Assembly: GCA_050115675.1 (NCBI GenBank)
Contig: JASFQB010000002.1
Location: 4,376 to 68,375 of the forward strand
Direction of reading: 5' to 3'
DNA: 64,000 nt
Source: Candidatus Woesebacteria bacterium
Lineage (GTDB): Bacteria; Patescibacteriota; Saccharimonadia; Saccharimonadales; EFPC-124
Shown here: positions 40,625-49,971 of the stretch, one piece after another
How the letters are laid out: every line of letters begins with the position of its first letter
Position numbering within the stretch: position 1 is the stretch's first letter
Position numbers and translations under genes: made by a program
Notes under the pieces: model-generated
What the model was told of the DNA's origin: nothing
The model's input: only the letters and a program-made list of their open reading frames with translations
The model's database searches: none

Positions 40625-41128
40625 ATGCCACACATGCTTATCTACGCAGTCCGATGTGGACTTTCAACGCTAGATGGTCACAGTGGGTCAACGCCGCCAG
40701 TTGCTGCCATCAAGGCAGCGCATCTTACTAGAGGAGGTAGACGTCAAGCCCGTGTTGCAGGCAAGCGCCTAACGGTTCAGTACGGGGTTAGTCCTAGAGA
40801 AAACTGTGCAGCTACGTCGTGTTTTAAAAGTGCCGAGGAGACGGCATTGCAAATGGGCTTTGTAAAAAGCCAGGTTGTTAGCTGTCATTTGCTTGATATT
40901 GTAGACTGTAATCTAGTTGATATTGCGGAGCGCCCCAGCTTTAACCTGAAAGATCGTTCAGAAGGCATGGTGCAAAAGGCTCAACATATCTTAGGCAATC
41001 CACCCATGCAATCTATTTGGATTACTCATGGTTGGGTGATTGCTGGACTGACAATATTGCTTGGGGTAAGAAGCCATTACGAGAGTGTTATGCCAAGACA
41101 TTGCGAAATCAGGGTGTTTGCAATATAA
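40625..41128 (+). CDS. histidine-phosphatase (PGAM-like) superfamily protein with RCG in place of the catalytic RHG
   Basis: LIYAVRCGLS (family: RHGxT), LTRGGRRQARVAGKRL (family: LTxxGxxQA), and ITHGWVI near the C-terminus (family: SHG). Confidence 0.55.
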   Translation: MPHMLIYAVRCGLSTLDGHSGSTPPVAAIKAAHLTRGGRRQARVAGKRLTVQYGVSPRENCAATSCFKSAEETALQMGFVKSQVVSCHLLDIVDCNLVDIAERPSFNLKDRSEGMVQKAQHILGNPPMQSIWITHGWVIAGLTILLGVRSHYESVMPRHCEIRVFAI

Positions 41129-41148
41129 AAGTTGATAAGTATAAATTG

Positions 41149-41182
41149 AGGGTGTGTGTAAAATACGCACACCCTTGTTTTT
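41149..41182 (+). terminator. rho-independent terminator
   Basis: Stem agggtgtgt / gcacaccct followed by tgttttt. Confidence 0.6.
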
Positions 41183-41241
41183 AGATTGGTTGAACTGCGC
41201 GGGTGACTTTATTGTTTAATACCATAAAATCGCAATATGAT

Positions 41242-41276
41242 AAAAGCGGAGGTTTTGAGTTTGTCAAAACCTCCGC
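41242..41276 (-). terminator. rho-independent terminator downstream of the whiB-like gene
   Basis: Stem gcggaggtttt / aaaacctccgc with a T-run on the minus strand. Confidence 0.65.
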
Positions 41277-41300
41277 ATCCAGCAGTGGCGAACAGGGTTG

Positions 41301-41564
41301 CTAGTTTGCGGGAACTCTGGTTTTGTTACGTCGCTTGATGTTACGTCGCTCATTGTCAGACATTCCGCCCCATACGCCATCATCTTCTCCAGAATCCAGA
41401 GCCCACTCGAGGCACTCTGCAATTACACTGCACCTGCGGCAGATAGACTTTGCTTGCTCTGCCTGCAGTAGTGCTGGTCCTGAAGTGCCAATCGGAAAGA
41501 ACAGCTCTGGATCTTCATCTCGACAGGCGCTCTTGTGTCTCCAATCGGACGACATTGCCATCAC
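41301..41564 (-). CDS. whiB: WhiB-like (Wbl) Fe-S transcriptional regulator
   Basis: DWRHKSACRDEDPELFFP, C-x29-C-x2-C-x5-C cysteine pattern, GVWGG turn and a basic tail RRNIKRRNK. Confidence 0.85.
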   Translation of the reverse strand: MMAMSSDWRHKSACRDEDPELFFPIGTSGPALLQAEQAKSICRRCSVIAECLEWALDSGEDDGVWGGMSDNERRNIKRRNKTRVPAN

Positions 41565-41756
41565 CCCTTGTCATTTTGTTGTTAACGCTGGCACAAAAAT
41601 ATTATCATACTTCAATAAGATTGCAATAGGTCGTTGGGGTGGTATATCTATGTAATGTTGCGCTAAATTAGAACAAAATTTGCCAAAGCCTTGCAAAAAG
41701 AATCATCTAGGCGTAGTCTAAATTTGTGAAAAATATAACAGGTGTATTATAAAAAT

Positions 41757-43043
41757 ATGGAGATTATCGCTTCGATTGCTGGCGGATTGTTCTGTTTTGG
41801 CTACTTGTTAATTACGTTAGAGCAAAAGTTTGGCACGCATAAATCGGCAATTGCACTTACTTTAGGTGGGGTGCTCTGGCTGCTTGCCGCAATACAATTA
41901 AGAGACAACAGTGAAGGGCTTGAGCATGCCCTTAGTCATACGGGTAGCGAGATATTTAGTATCGTCGCTTTTTTGTTGGCCGCTTTAGCGCTGATAGAAA
42001 TACTTGTTCATTACAAATTATTCGACCTTATTAGAGCCAAGCTTATTAAACTTAAAGTAACAGACAAGCAGCAATTTTTAGTAATAATAGCCTTGTCTTT
42101 TGCATTTTCTGCAGTGTTAGATAATATTGCTATTACAATTGCGATGTTGCAAATTGCACGTCGCTTTTTTACTGGTAGAAATTTGCTTATTGCTGCTTCG
42201 GGTATTGTTGTTGCGGCCAACGCAGGTGGCGCGTGGTCTCCAGTTGGTGACGTAACAACGGTGCTGTTATGGTTGGCAGATAAATTTACGGCTACCGAAG
42301 TAATTAGATATGCCTTTTTGCCGTCATTGTCTTTGGCCGTAGTGGTTGCATGTCTGCTTTACCGAAAGCTAGATGATGCCAACTTTTTGAAGAGAGAAAA
42401 GGACGATTTAGTTAAGCTTGATCTAGGCGAAAAGATGATCATTGGAATGGCTTTGGCTAGCTTTACGCTACCTTTGCTTATGAGTTCGGTTGGCCTGCCT
42501 CCATATATGGGCCTTTTGCTTGGTCTTGGTCTAACTTGGTTAATTATCGAATATGTAAAGCATTTTAATAAAAACCAAAACGAAACGCACATGTCGGCAA
42601 ATATTGATAAAATTATTCAATCCGTCGATCTTGCATCTGTTAAATATATAATGGGAATTTTATTAGCAGTGCTTGCGCTTTCTACTTTAGGCGTACTGTC
42701 GTGGTTGTCTTTGATTGTCGTAGGAGCAAATCCATCTGAGGCGCATTTAATACTTGTTAATATTGGTCTTGGCTTTTTGTCTGGAATAGTGGACAATGCC
42801 TCGTTAGTTGCGATTGCGATTCAAACATTACCAGTGGACGATCCAGAGCTTTGGTCTTTGGTGGCTATTGCGGCCGGCAACGGTGGCTCGTTAATGATTA
42901 TTGCCAGTGCGGCGGGAGTCGTTGCTATGGGTGGATGTAAACAGCTTACTATTGGTGACTATTTTAAAATTGCAACCTTGCCAGTTTTTCTAGGGCTGCT
43001 AGTGGCTCTAGGTGTTTGGTATGTGCAATTTGCATTTCTTTAA
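41757..43043 (+). CDS. nhaD: NhaD-type Na+/H+ antiporter (ArsB/NhaD permease superfamily)
   Basis: ~430-aa polytopic protein. Motifs SAVLDNIAITIAM and GFLSGIVDNASLVA are typical of NhaD/ArsB-type permeases. An alternative start lies at 41742. Confidence 0.75.
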   Translation: MEIIASIAGGLFCFGYLLITLEQKFGTHKSAIALTLGGVLWLLAAIQLRDNSEGLEHALSHTGSEIFSIVAFLLAALALIEILVHYKLFDLIRAKLIKLKVTDKQQFLVIIALSFAFSAVLDNIAITIAMLQIARRFFTGRNLLIAASGIVVAANAGGAWSPVGDVTTVLLWLADKFTATEVIRYAFLPSLSLAVVVACLLYRKLDDANFLKREKDDLVKLDLGEKMIIGMALASFTLPLLMSSVGLPPYMGLLLGLGLTWLIIEYVKHFNKNQNETHMSANIDKIIQSVDLASVKYIMGILLAVLALSTLGVLSWLSLIVVGANPSEAHLILVNIGLGFLSGIVDNASLVAIAIQTLPVDDPELWSLVAIAAGNGGSLMIIASAAGVVAMGGCKQLTIGDYFKIATLPVFLGLLVALGVWYVQFAFL

Positions 43044-43096
43044 ATAGAATTTACAATTACTGGAACTTTTTAAGCTTCAACCTGTAATATGTAGAT

Positions 43097-43234
43097 ATGG
43101 AAGACGAAGAATATATTGAAAGTTCATCCGATACATCAAAAGGTTCAGATATTTATTATCATATTTTGGCAACGTTTGTCTTATTATCAATAATTTTCGC
43201 TGCGGGATCGTTTTTACTGTTGTTAAATAGATGA
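43097..43234 (+). CDS. possible 45-aa single-TM miniprotein
   Basis: MEDEEYIESSSDTSKGSDIYYHILATFVLLSIIFAAGSFLLLLNR*. It is not in the ORF track (shorter than 60 aa) and no homolog is known to me. Confidence 0.25.
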   Translation: MEDEEYIESSSDTSKGSDIYYHILATFVLLSIIFAAGSFLLLLNR

Positions 43235-45553
43235 TCGTCTAAGAAATATCTGCTTGCAAATTTCTGTCACTTGCATCCATGCAAATGCCCAGCCCCACAC
43301 CAGCAGAGCTTGGTCTATGCTGATTTGCTGAAACAGCAGCCCCGACATAGCAATGATGGTTGCAAATATTTGGGTAAGTGTAGTTGCCCAGATAACAGAT
43401 TTGCTGGGTAGCCAGCGCCACCAAATATGCTTGGTGTGCGCAACATACACCAACATGTGACCAGAGACGGCCAGTTTTAAAAAGAACATTGTTTGCACTA
43501 CTGACATTGGCAATCGCATAACGCCGTGTACCAGCCAAAAAAACGTAACACTGGTGGCAACGCCAATTAGCCCCAACATGGTAGCGTAGGCAAAACGCTG
43601 GCGAACTTTGATAACAGATGGGGCAGTGCTGATTTTTACGCGGTCGTATGCTAGAGTGATGATCGGCAGGTCGTTTAGTAGGGCTAGCAAAATTATTTGC
43701 ACGGGAGTTATGGGAAAGTCGCCGTAAATAATGCTTAAAATGGCAATGCTTATTATTAGCCTGCTGCTTTCCGAAATTCGATAAACCGAATAGTAGTATG
43801 TGCGCATAAATATCTTGCGCGCCTCAATAATTGCATTGCGAATAACGCTAATGCCATCTGTCATTAGTATTATGTCGGCGGCGCTTTTTAGCGCATCTAC
43901 TGCGTTTTTGACTGCTATGCCCACGCTGGCAACTTTTAGCGCTGGTAGATCATTCACACCATCGCCAGTTGCAGCTACGGTGTAGCCTTTGGCTGCGGTT
44001 TGCACGATTCTAAATTTGTCATCTGGCAGGACTTCGGCAAAAACATCTGTATTATGCAGTTGGTCTAGCGCAAGGTGGCCAGTTTTGCCCGAAGCTACCA
44101 TAACGTTGCCGTTCAGTCCTAGCTGCCTGGCCACGCGTGCGGCAATGGCGCGGTTGTCTCCAGTCATTATTTTGGTCGATATTCCGTGCTGCGCTAAAAA
44201 GCCAATTACTTGCTTGGCGTCTGGTCGCAAAGTGTCGCTAAGTAGTAATATGCCAACTAGTTTTAGATTTTTTTCACTGGTTCCTGATCCAATTGCTAGC
44301 GCCAAACTGCGTTGACCGTTGCTAGCAGCTTGCTCTATGTCTTGGTTGAATTTGTCTTTGGTGTGTTTATCTAGTTTGCATAGTCCTTCAATAATTTGTG
44401 GAGCGCCCAGGCTAACAATTTGTTTGCCGTCGGCCTCTATGATTGCCGTGCTGCGTTTGCGCTTGGAGTCTGCGGGGGTAAAATCTAGTTGTTTAAAAGC
44501 AGCTACCTTGATCTTGAGTGCTTTGGTGAGTATTGCTTGATTGATTGGGTCTAGTTGATTGTCTGTGGTGGCTGACGCGGCGTAGCGTATAACATTGCTG
44601 TCGTTTACGTGGTTGTAAGTTATGATGTTTTCGATTTGTATTTCGTTTTGGGTAAGCGTGCCTGTTTTGTCGCTAAGCAGCATGTTTACGTTGGCTAGAT
44701 CCTCTAGCGAGCTTAGGCGTCGTACAATTACTCGTTTGCGAGTTAATTGCAAAACGCCCAGGCTGATAATGAGGGTCATGACCGTTGGCATTGCTACTGG
44801 TACGCCAGCAATCAAAATGCTTAAGTCTAGTTGCAGTAGGTCGCTTAGTGGTTTGCCTTGTAGCATTAGATAAGCTGTGCTGACTGTTGCCGCCGTGATT
44901 CCCAACACCATTAGGTATTTAGAGATTGTTAAGATGTCGCTTTCTAGCAGGCTGTTTTTGGGATGCGATTCTACCATAGTGACGGTTTTGCCAAATTTAG
45001 TGCGTTCGCCAGTGGCCTTGACCGTGCCAGTCAGGCTGCCTTCTGTTAAAAATGAGCCTGTAAATACTATATCGTCAACGGTTTTTTGGCTAGGTAAAGA
45101 CTCGCCTGTTAGCACGGATTCGTTTACTCCAACGTTTTTGCATTCGGCAATTTGTACGTCTGCAGGTACAACATTGCCCACGCCTAGCTGTACTATATCG
45201 CCAGGTACCAGTAGGCTAGATTCGATCAGTCGCCACTGGCCATCGCGTTTGGTTTGTGCCTTTATGCTTAATTTTTGTTGTAAGGATGAAATTGCATTAT
45301 CGGCCTTGGCTTCGTGCCACTGGGCGATGGCAAAATTAAACACAAAAAGCACTGCAATAAACCAGCCGTCAAAAATTTTGTTGTCAGCAAAAGACAGGGC
45401 AGAGGCAGCAATCAGTAGTAGCGACATTGGTGAAGTCAGCCAGTGCAGAGTTTTTTTAAAAAACGAGGTTTTGTGCTCGGTAATAGTATTTGGCCCTATT
45501 TGTGCCAAAAGTGTTTTCGCTTGGTTTGAACTTAATCCGTGCAAGCTATCCAT
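43223..45553 (-). CDS. P-type cation-transporting ATPase, type IIIA (H+-pump-like)
   Basis: GLSSNQAKTLLAQIGPNTI, TGES, DKTGTLTQNE, MTGDN, GDGVNDLPALK. The ORF extends to 45637, but MDSLHGLS at 45553 matches the family N-terminus. Confidence 0.9.
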   Translation of the reverse strand: MDSLHGLSSNQAKTLLAQIGPNTITEHKTSFFKKTLHWLTSPMSLLLIAASALSFADNKIFDGWFIAVLFVFNFAIAQWHEAKADNAISSLQQKLSIKAQTKRDGQWRLIESSLLVPGDIVQLGVGNVVPADVQIAECKNVGVNESVLTGESLPSQKTVDDIVFTGSFLTEGSLTGTVKATGERTKFGKTVTMVESHPKNSLLESDILTISKYLMVLGITAATVSTAYLMLQGKPLSDLLQLDLSILIAGVPVAMPTVMTLIISLGVLQLTRKRVIVRRLSSLEDLANVNMLLSDKTGTLTQNEIQIENIITYNHVNDSNVIRYAASATTDNQLDPINQAILTKALKIKVAAFKQLDFTPADSKRKRSTAIIEADGKQIVSLGAPQIIEGLCKLDKHTKDKFNQDIEQAASNGQRSLALAIGSGTSEKNLKLVGILLLSDTLRPDAKQVIGFLAQHGISTKIMTGDNRAIAARVARQLGLNGNVMVASGKTGHLALDQLHNTDVFAEVLPDDKFRIVQTAAKGYTVAATGDGVNDLPALKVASVGIAVKNAVDALKSAADIILMTDGISVIRNAIIEARKIFMRTYYYSVYRISESSRLIISIAILSIIYGDFPITPVQIILLALLNDLPIITLAYDRVKISTAPSVIKVRQRFAYATMLGLIGVATSVTFFWLVHGVMRLPMSVVQTMFFLKLAVSGHMLVYVAHTKHIWWRWLPSKSVIWATTLTQIFATIIAMSGLLFQQISIDQALLVWGWAFAWMQVTEICKQIFLRRSSI

Positions 45554-45636
45554 ACTTTTTATGCTAGCACATAAGTTTTGCCCAAAACAAAACGCTCCAG
45601 ATATTTGGAGCGTTTTGTTGCTGAGGGCAGTTTGCA

Positions 45637-46803
45637 TTAGCGACGCATACCACCGCCCATCATTTGCTCTTCGGGCATGGTAGTGATTTGGCTGCCGTTT
45701 ACAATTACCGTACCGCCATTTAGCTCGCCAATGCCGTCATAATCTATAGACGACATTCCTGGCGCAGTTAGCGTCACTGTGCCGCCATTAATGTAAACGT
45801 TGCCGTTAGAGTCTATGGCGTCAGTATCGCCCTGGCCAACTGTTACGTTTATGTTGCCGCCATTTATGGTGATTACAGGGGTGCTGGTAAAGTTGGACTT
45901 TGTGGCGTTAATGCCGTCATCGCTGGCATTGATGGTGACATTGCCGTCGTTTATGGTAACTAGGGCTGCCTCAAGCCCCTCTAGGCTGGATTTTACGTTA
46001 ATTGTGCCATTATCTATGATCAACTTTTCTTGGGCCTCTATGCCGTCGCTGCCAGCTGCGATGGTGATGTTCCCGCCCTGGATGGCAACGTTACCCTTGG
46101 CCTGGTCTACGTCGTTAGATGCTTTTATAGCGTCGCCCTGGGCATCTACGGTAATTGTTCCGTCAACAATGTTCACGGAGTCTTTGCCGCGAATGCCATC
46201 ATCAACACTGGTCACGTTGTATGTACCAGACGAAATTTTTAAGTCGTCTTTAGACACAATGCCGTCTGCAAAGTTGCCTGTTACGTTTAGCGTGCCGTCT
46301 CCTTGCAGGATCAAATCGTCTGACGAGTAAATCGCTGCGTCAATTGATTCGTCGCTGCGGGTTGTGGCATCTTCTACATTGTTGGTTGTGCCCTCTACGG
46401 TTTGAATTATTACGTTTTTGGCGTTTTCTACGTAGATTGCCGCACCAGAAGCGTTACTAATATTGGCGTTGTTTAGTGCCAAGCGTACGTTGGTATCGTT
46501 TGTGTTAACAGTTACGCCCGCGGTAGTAGTGCCGGTCAAGATGTAGGTGCCTGCTTCTGTGATTATTAATGCTTCGCCGTTCAGCGTTATATCTGTAGTT
46601 GGCAAGCTTGCCCAGTCAATGTCTTCATCGCCGTTGTCTAGGTCGATAGAATTTACTGCTTTGTCTGCCTCAGTTGCAACAGAGGCACTGGTGCTTTGTG
46701 ACGATCCAGCATGCCAAAAATATGCACCTGCGCCACCTAGTAAAAGTAATATTATGGCAATAATAATTACTGCCTTTGATTTGTTATTAGATTTAGAACG
46801 CAT
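45637..46803 (-). CDS. membrane-anchored carbohydrate-binding-domain protein (Cthe_2159 / DUF4353-like, beta-helix repeats)
   Basis: N-terminal TM anchor followed by repeated units of the form T-I/V-N/D-G-G-x-I/V-x-I/V-x-A/S-x-DDGI/DAI. Confidence 0.7.
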   Translation of the reverse strand: MRSKSNNKSKAVIIIAIILLLLGGAGAYFWHAGSSQSTSASVATEADKAVNSIDLDNGDEDIDWASLPTTDITLNGEALIITEAGTYILTGTTTAGVTVNTNDTNVRLALNNANISNASGAAIYVENAKNVIIQTVEGTTNNVEDATTRSDESIDAAIYSSDDLILQGDGTLNVTGNFADGIVSKDDLKISSGTYNVTSVDDGIRGKDSVNIVDGTITVDAQGDAIKASNDVDQAKGNVAIQGGNITIAAGSDGIEAQEKLIIDNGTINVKSSLEGLEAALVTINDGNVTINASDDGINATKSNFTSTPVITINGGNINVTVGQGDTDAIDSNGNVYINGGTVTLTAPGMSSIDYDGIGELNGGTVIVNGSQITTMPEEQMMGGGMRR

Positions 46804-47473
46804 GTTCTATAGCTCCATTGTTTAAGCTAATATTTAAATTACCGTTATGGCGGCGCAGCTCATCAATAAGTGCCTTGCGGTCTTGGTCTTTAGACATTTC
46901 AATTATGTAAACAAGCTCGTAAACGCTGCCCAAATCGCGTGTGCCAATCTTGTCTAACTGATACGAGGCAGTGTGCTTGCTTAGTATCTTGGCAAAAATG
47001 GCCTCGTTATTTGATGTATCTGGGGCTACGATTTTTAGGCGCAGCTTTTCGTTGCTGGATATGCCGTAATTGACCTTGTACAGCGCATATTGCACGGCAG
47101 CCATAACAATGGCAAATATAATACCGTACAAATAAAGCTGCACACCATAGGCTAGTCCTGCACCAACACCAAACAAAATCAGCAAAATATCTTTGGCGCT
47201 ACCTGGGGCACTTCTAAAGCGAATTATCGTAAATATACCTGCCAGGCTAAACGCGGTGGCAATGTTTTCGCCCACCAGCATAATGATGGTGCTAATTACG
47301 GCTGGCATAAATACCAAGGTAATTGCCAAACTTTGCGAGTAGTTTTGCGGGTTAGTTTTAATATATAGCCAGCTAATTAGTAGGCCGGTCACCAGCGCAA
47401 TAGCCATAGAAACCATAACGGCACTAAGGCTGCTGGCGGTTGAGCTTGTTGTGGCAAGCATGGTACTAAGCAT
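46793..47473 (-). CDS. DUF4956-domain membrane protein
   Basis: TM-rich N-half with the IIRFRSAPGSAKDI motif and a soluble C-half. It overlaps both neighbouring genes. Confidence 0.65.
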   Translation of the reverse strand: MLSTMLATTSSTASSLSAVMVSMAIALVTGLLISWLYIKTNPQNYSQSLAITLVFMPAVISTIIMLVGENIATAFSLAGIFTIIRFRSAPGSAKDILLILFGVGAGLAYGVQLYLYGIIFAIVMAAVQYALYKVNYGISSNEKLRLKIVAPDTSNNEAIFAKILSKHTASYQLDKIGTRDLGSVYELVYIIEMSKDQDRKALIDELRRHNGNLNISLNNGAIEHAF

Positions 47474-48197
47474 AAATGTCTCCTGTTAATAATGTTTGTT
47501 GCGTCTGCAAATGGCCTAGATATTCTCGGCCGTATTTTGAGAAGCTTCGCTTGTAAATGTCCTGGCTTGACAGTATTTCCACCAACCAAAGAGGCATGTT
47601 AAACGAAGATTTGATCTCCATAATATACGTATCCTTTTCTAACAGATGATTAACGTCTGTTTTGTCAAAACGGCGCGCAATTAGCCGCGTATCAAACGTT
47701 ACGCGCAAATCGCTGCCTGAGTCCTTGCTAAAAAAGGCTAAACGATCGTAGGTTATAAACGTTTTTGGAACGTATTGCTGGGCGTTAAGCATTGCTTGCA
47801 GCTCGCTAACAACCTGGTGATTCATGTAGTCTTGCAGCTTGGGTGGCTTTCCGGATGCAATAAACTTTAATGCATCATCGTATTTAATAGTGGTTCGACG
47901 CTTGTTGGTAATGCGTTTGTAGCGCTTTTTTATCTCTAAAAAAACCTTGTCGCAGGCGTCAAAATTATCGTACGAACGAATCCGAATCTTCTCTTTGTAA
48001 ACTGGCTTGCTAAGACTATGGCGAATAAGCTCGTGATCTTCTGTGTCTATGTACAGATTGTAGAGCGTATAGGCCTGGCCGTTTTTGTTGTACTTGTCGG
48101 GCTTCACATGCTCGGCAATTGCTTGCATAATATAGCTTGCCTGATTAGCGTCAACAACAAACTTCAGTTCTTGGCGATTAAATATCTCTATAGCCAT
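47466..48197 (-). CDS. VTC-domain (polyphosphate-polymerase/CYTH-like) protein
   Basis: RQELKFVV, YNLYIDTEDHELIRHS, KEKIRIRSY, EIKKRYKRITNKRR and TYIMEIK match the tunnel-fold VTC/CYTH pattern. Confidence 0.75.
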   Translation of the reverse strand: MAIEIFNRQELKFVVDANQASYIMQAIAEHVKPDKYNKNGQAYTLYNLYIDTEDHELIRHSLSKPVYKEKIRIRSYDNFDACDKVFLEIKKRYKRITNKRRTTIKYDDALKFIASGKPPKLQDYMNHQVVSELQAMLNAQQYVPKTFITYDRLAFFSKDSGSDLRVTFDTRLIARRFDKTDVNHLLEKDTYIMEIKSSFNMPLWLVEILSSQDIYKRSFSKYGREYLGHLQTQQTLLTGDIYA

Positions 48198-48369
48198 AAA
48201 GCAGATGATACAAAACGTTGCTTGCTTTTTGCTGAGAAGATTTTAATACATAGAAAAACCCAACAATCGTTGGGCTCTTTTTATGGTGTGATTTTGCAAC
48301 CAAGTCCAAACGGATTTCGAGCAAAACGGCTGAGTCGTGCAGACTCAGCCCCAACGCCCGCGCCCGCTT

Positions 48370-48457
48370 GACCCACCAGAAAAACCTTTGCTATATTTTT
48401 TGAATTTCCCCCGCCGAGACCTCTTCTTTAGCTGTAAAGGGCACTTTCTGGTGGGTC
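48370..48457. repeat. 13-bp perfect inverted repeat separated by 62 nt
   Basis: gacccaccagaaa at 48370-48382 pairs with tttctggtgggtc at 48445-48457. Confidence 0.8.
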
Positions 48458-48499
48458 GACTGCTGCACGAGTGGTAGAGGTGTTGGGGCTTTGCCCAAG

Positions 48500-48998
48500 C
48501 AGCAAGGCTGCCGCGCTATACGTCCTTAATCCACAAGCTATGCGACCGACTCACACAGCTAATACAAGAAAAGTATATTGAGCAATACGGAAAACTAGCC
48601 GATGGCCTGTATGAAATTACCTTGACGTTCATTATGGAGTGAGCGCCATTTGAGGCTGGCGAGCGAGGCGTAACGAATGCCCATATCTATATCGAGAGTC
48701 GTGGCAAGCGTGAAGATAGAGGGTCGTTCAATAAGGTACTTTATCGAAGTTCACAAATAGACGCTGCGCGCTTTCAGTGATTATTTGATACAGACGCAAG
48801 CCTACGATGCAAAACGGACGGTGAAATAGACATCAAGATTGCCGATTTGTGCGCCCATCCGATCGCGCGTTATTTCTTGGATAGTAGTGAGCTAAACCAA
48901 GCATTCGATGACATAAAGCCAAAAATTCGCGCCAATGCACGCGGAGAAGTCATAGGCTATGGTATTAAAGCTTTCCCACACTTAACTACGCGCAAATA
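48500..48998 (+). pseudogene. degraded DUF3800-family gene (multiple frame breaks)
   Basis: Fragments lie in three frames: LIHKLCDRLTQLIQEKYIEQYGKLADGLYEITLTFIME*, IYIESRGKREDRGSFNKVLY, and IKIADLCAHPIARYFLDSS...GYGIKAFPH*. ESRGK..ED and ADL.A.PIAR are DUF3800 hallmarks. Confidence 0.55.
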
Positions 48999-49105
48999 GA
49001 AAATAAAAAAGCACCACAAAGTGATACCTCTTATCGACTGGGAATGTCCCAATCCTTATCTACAGTATAGCATTGAGCAGTCAATGTGAGCGTCGCTTTG
49101 CTTAC

Positions 49106-49971
49106 TTAGATGTTGTCTACAATACTCACATCAATGACATCTGAAAAAACCATCAGCTCTGAACCGACTTTTGAGTTGTGATGAGCCGAGTATTTGAGGT
49201 CAAAAGTCCTGTACTGTCTGTCAGGGTAAAGGTCGAGAATGTCCTTTTCATTGTCATAGCTTAAAAGCCATCTTGCTTTGCTGTGGCTGTTTAGCGAATT
49301 TGCGAGCTTTTGGTGGTCTTTTAGCTTAAAAGCGTTCAAGTAAAGGTTTGCGCCCTTAACAAAGTAGGGTGGGTCAACATAGAAGAAGCTCTTTGGGTCT
49401 TTTGCATATCGCTCGATGACGTCTGCGCCGTCCTCGTTGAGTACAGTGATTCTATCACTACAAAGCCCTATGAGTCTGATTTTCTCAATAAGATTCTGCT
49501 TGTTATATCGTGCGTCAATTTTCCATTTGCCTAGTTGCTGTTTGCCGCCAATCGGACCGGCGTTCAAGATGCCAGAGCGATTAGTCCTATTTAGAAAGAA
49601 AGTAGAAAAACCAAGAGATAGTCTATCGGACGTATCGGCCGCTTTATAGATTTTTTTTGCCGCTCCCACTCCTTGACGGTTACGGGAGTGTTCGACACTC
49701 TCTCGACAAACTCTGCGTTATGTTCCTTTAGGGCAAGCCAAAATGAGTATATGGCTGGGTCATAGTCGTTAATGACAATAGAGTTCACTTTTTCTAGCAG
49801 CAGCAGAGATAAGGCCGCGCCTGCGCCCCCCGCGTATGGTTCAATGTAAACTACGTCTTTCCATTCGTGCTCTTTTATGACGGTATCGAAAAAAGCAAAG
49901 AGAGATGTCTTGCCGCCCGGATAGCGCAAAGGGGTAAATAGGTGCTTTCTATATGTTTTCGCTTGTATCAT
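49106..49971 (-). pseudogene. Dam-type (alpha-class, D12) N6-adenine DNA methyltransferase interrupted by a +1 frameshift in an A8 tract
   Basis: The N-part (49591..49971) has LRYPGGKTSL and EPYAGGAGAAL. The C-part (49106..49669) has FFLNRTNRSG and FYVDPPYF. Removing one A from the run at 49651-49658 gives the continuous reading ...KEWERQKKIYKAADTSDRLSLGF... Confidence 0.8.

Noticed and set aside
43800-45683. Series of plus-strand ORFs (up to 268 aa) opposite the P-type ATPase
   Set aside because: They lie antisense to an unambiguous P-type ATPase with all signature motifs. The translations are Ser/Leu/Cys-rich nonsense typical of shadow frames.
45800-46330. 176-aa plus-strand ORF opposite the Cthe_2159-like gene
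   Set aside because: It is an antisense shadow of a repeat-rich gene, with no start context or motifs.
48290-48540. Possible tmRNA, RNase P RNA or other structured ncRNA in the hairpin-rich non-coding stretch
   Set aside because: Local resemblances exist (ggatttcgagc versus the tmRNA 5' motif; ttgaatttcccccgccgagacc versus a T-arm/acceptor). However, there is no matching 5' acceptor strand, no T-stem partner, no tag ORF and no P4-type conserved motifs. The stretch is more likely att-site debris. A covariance-model scan would settle it.
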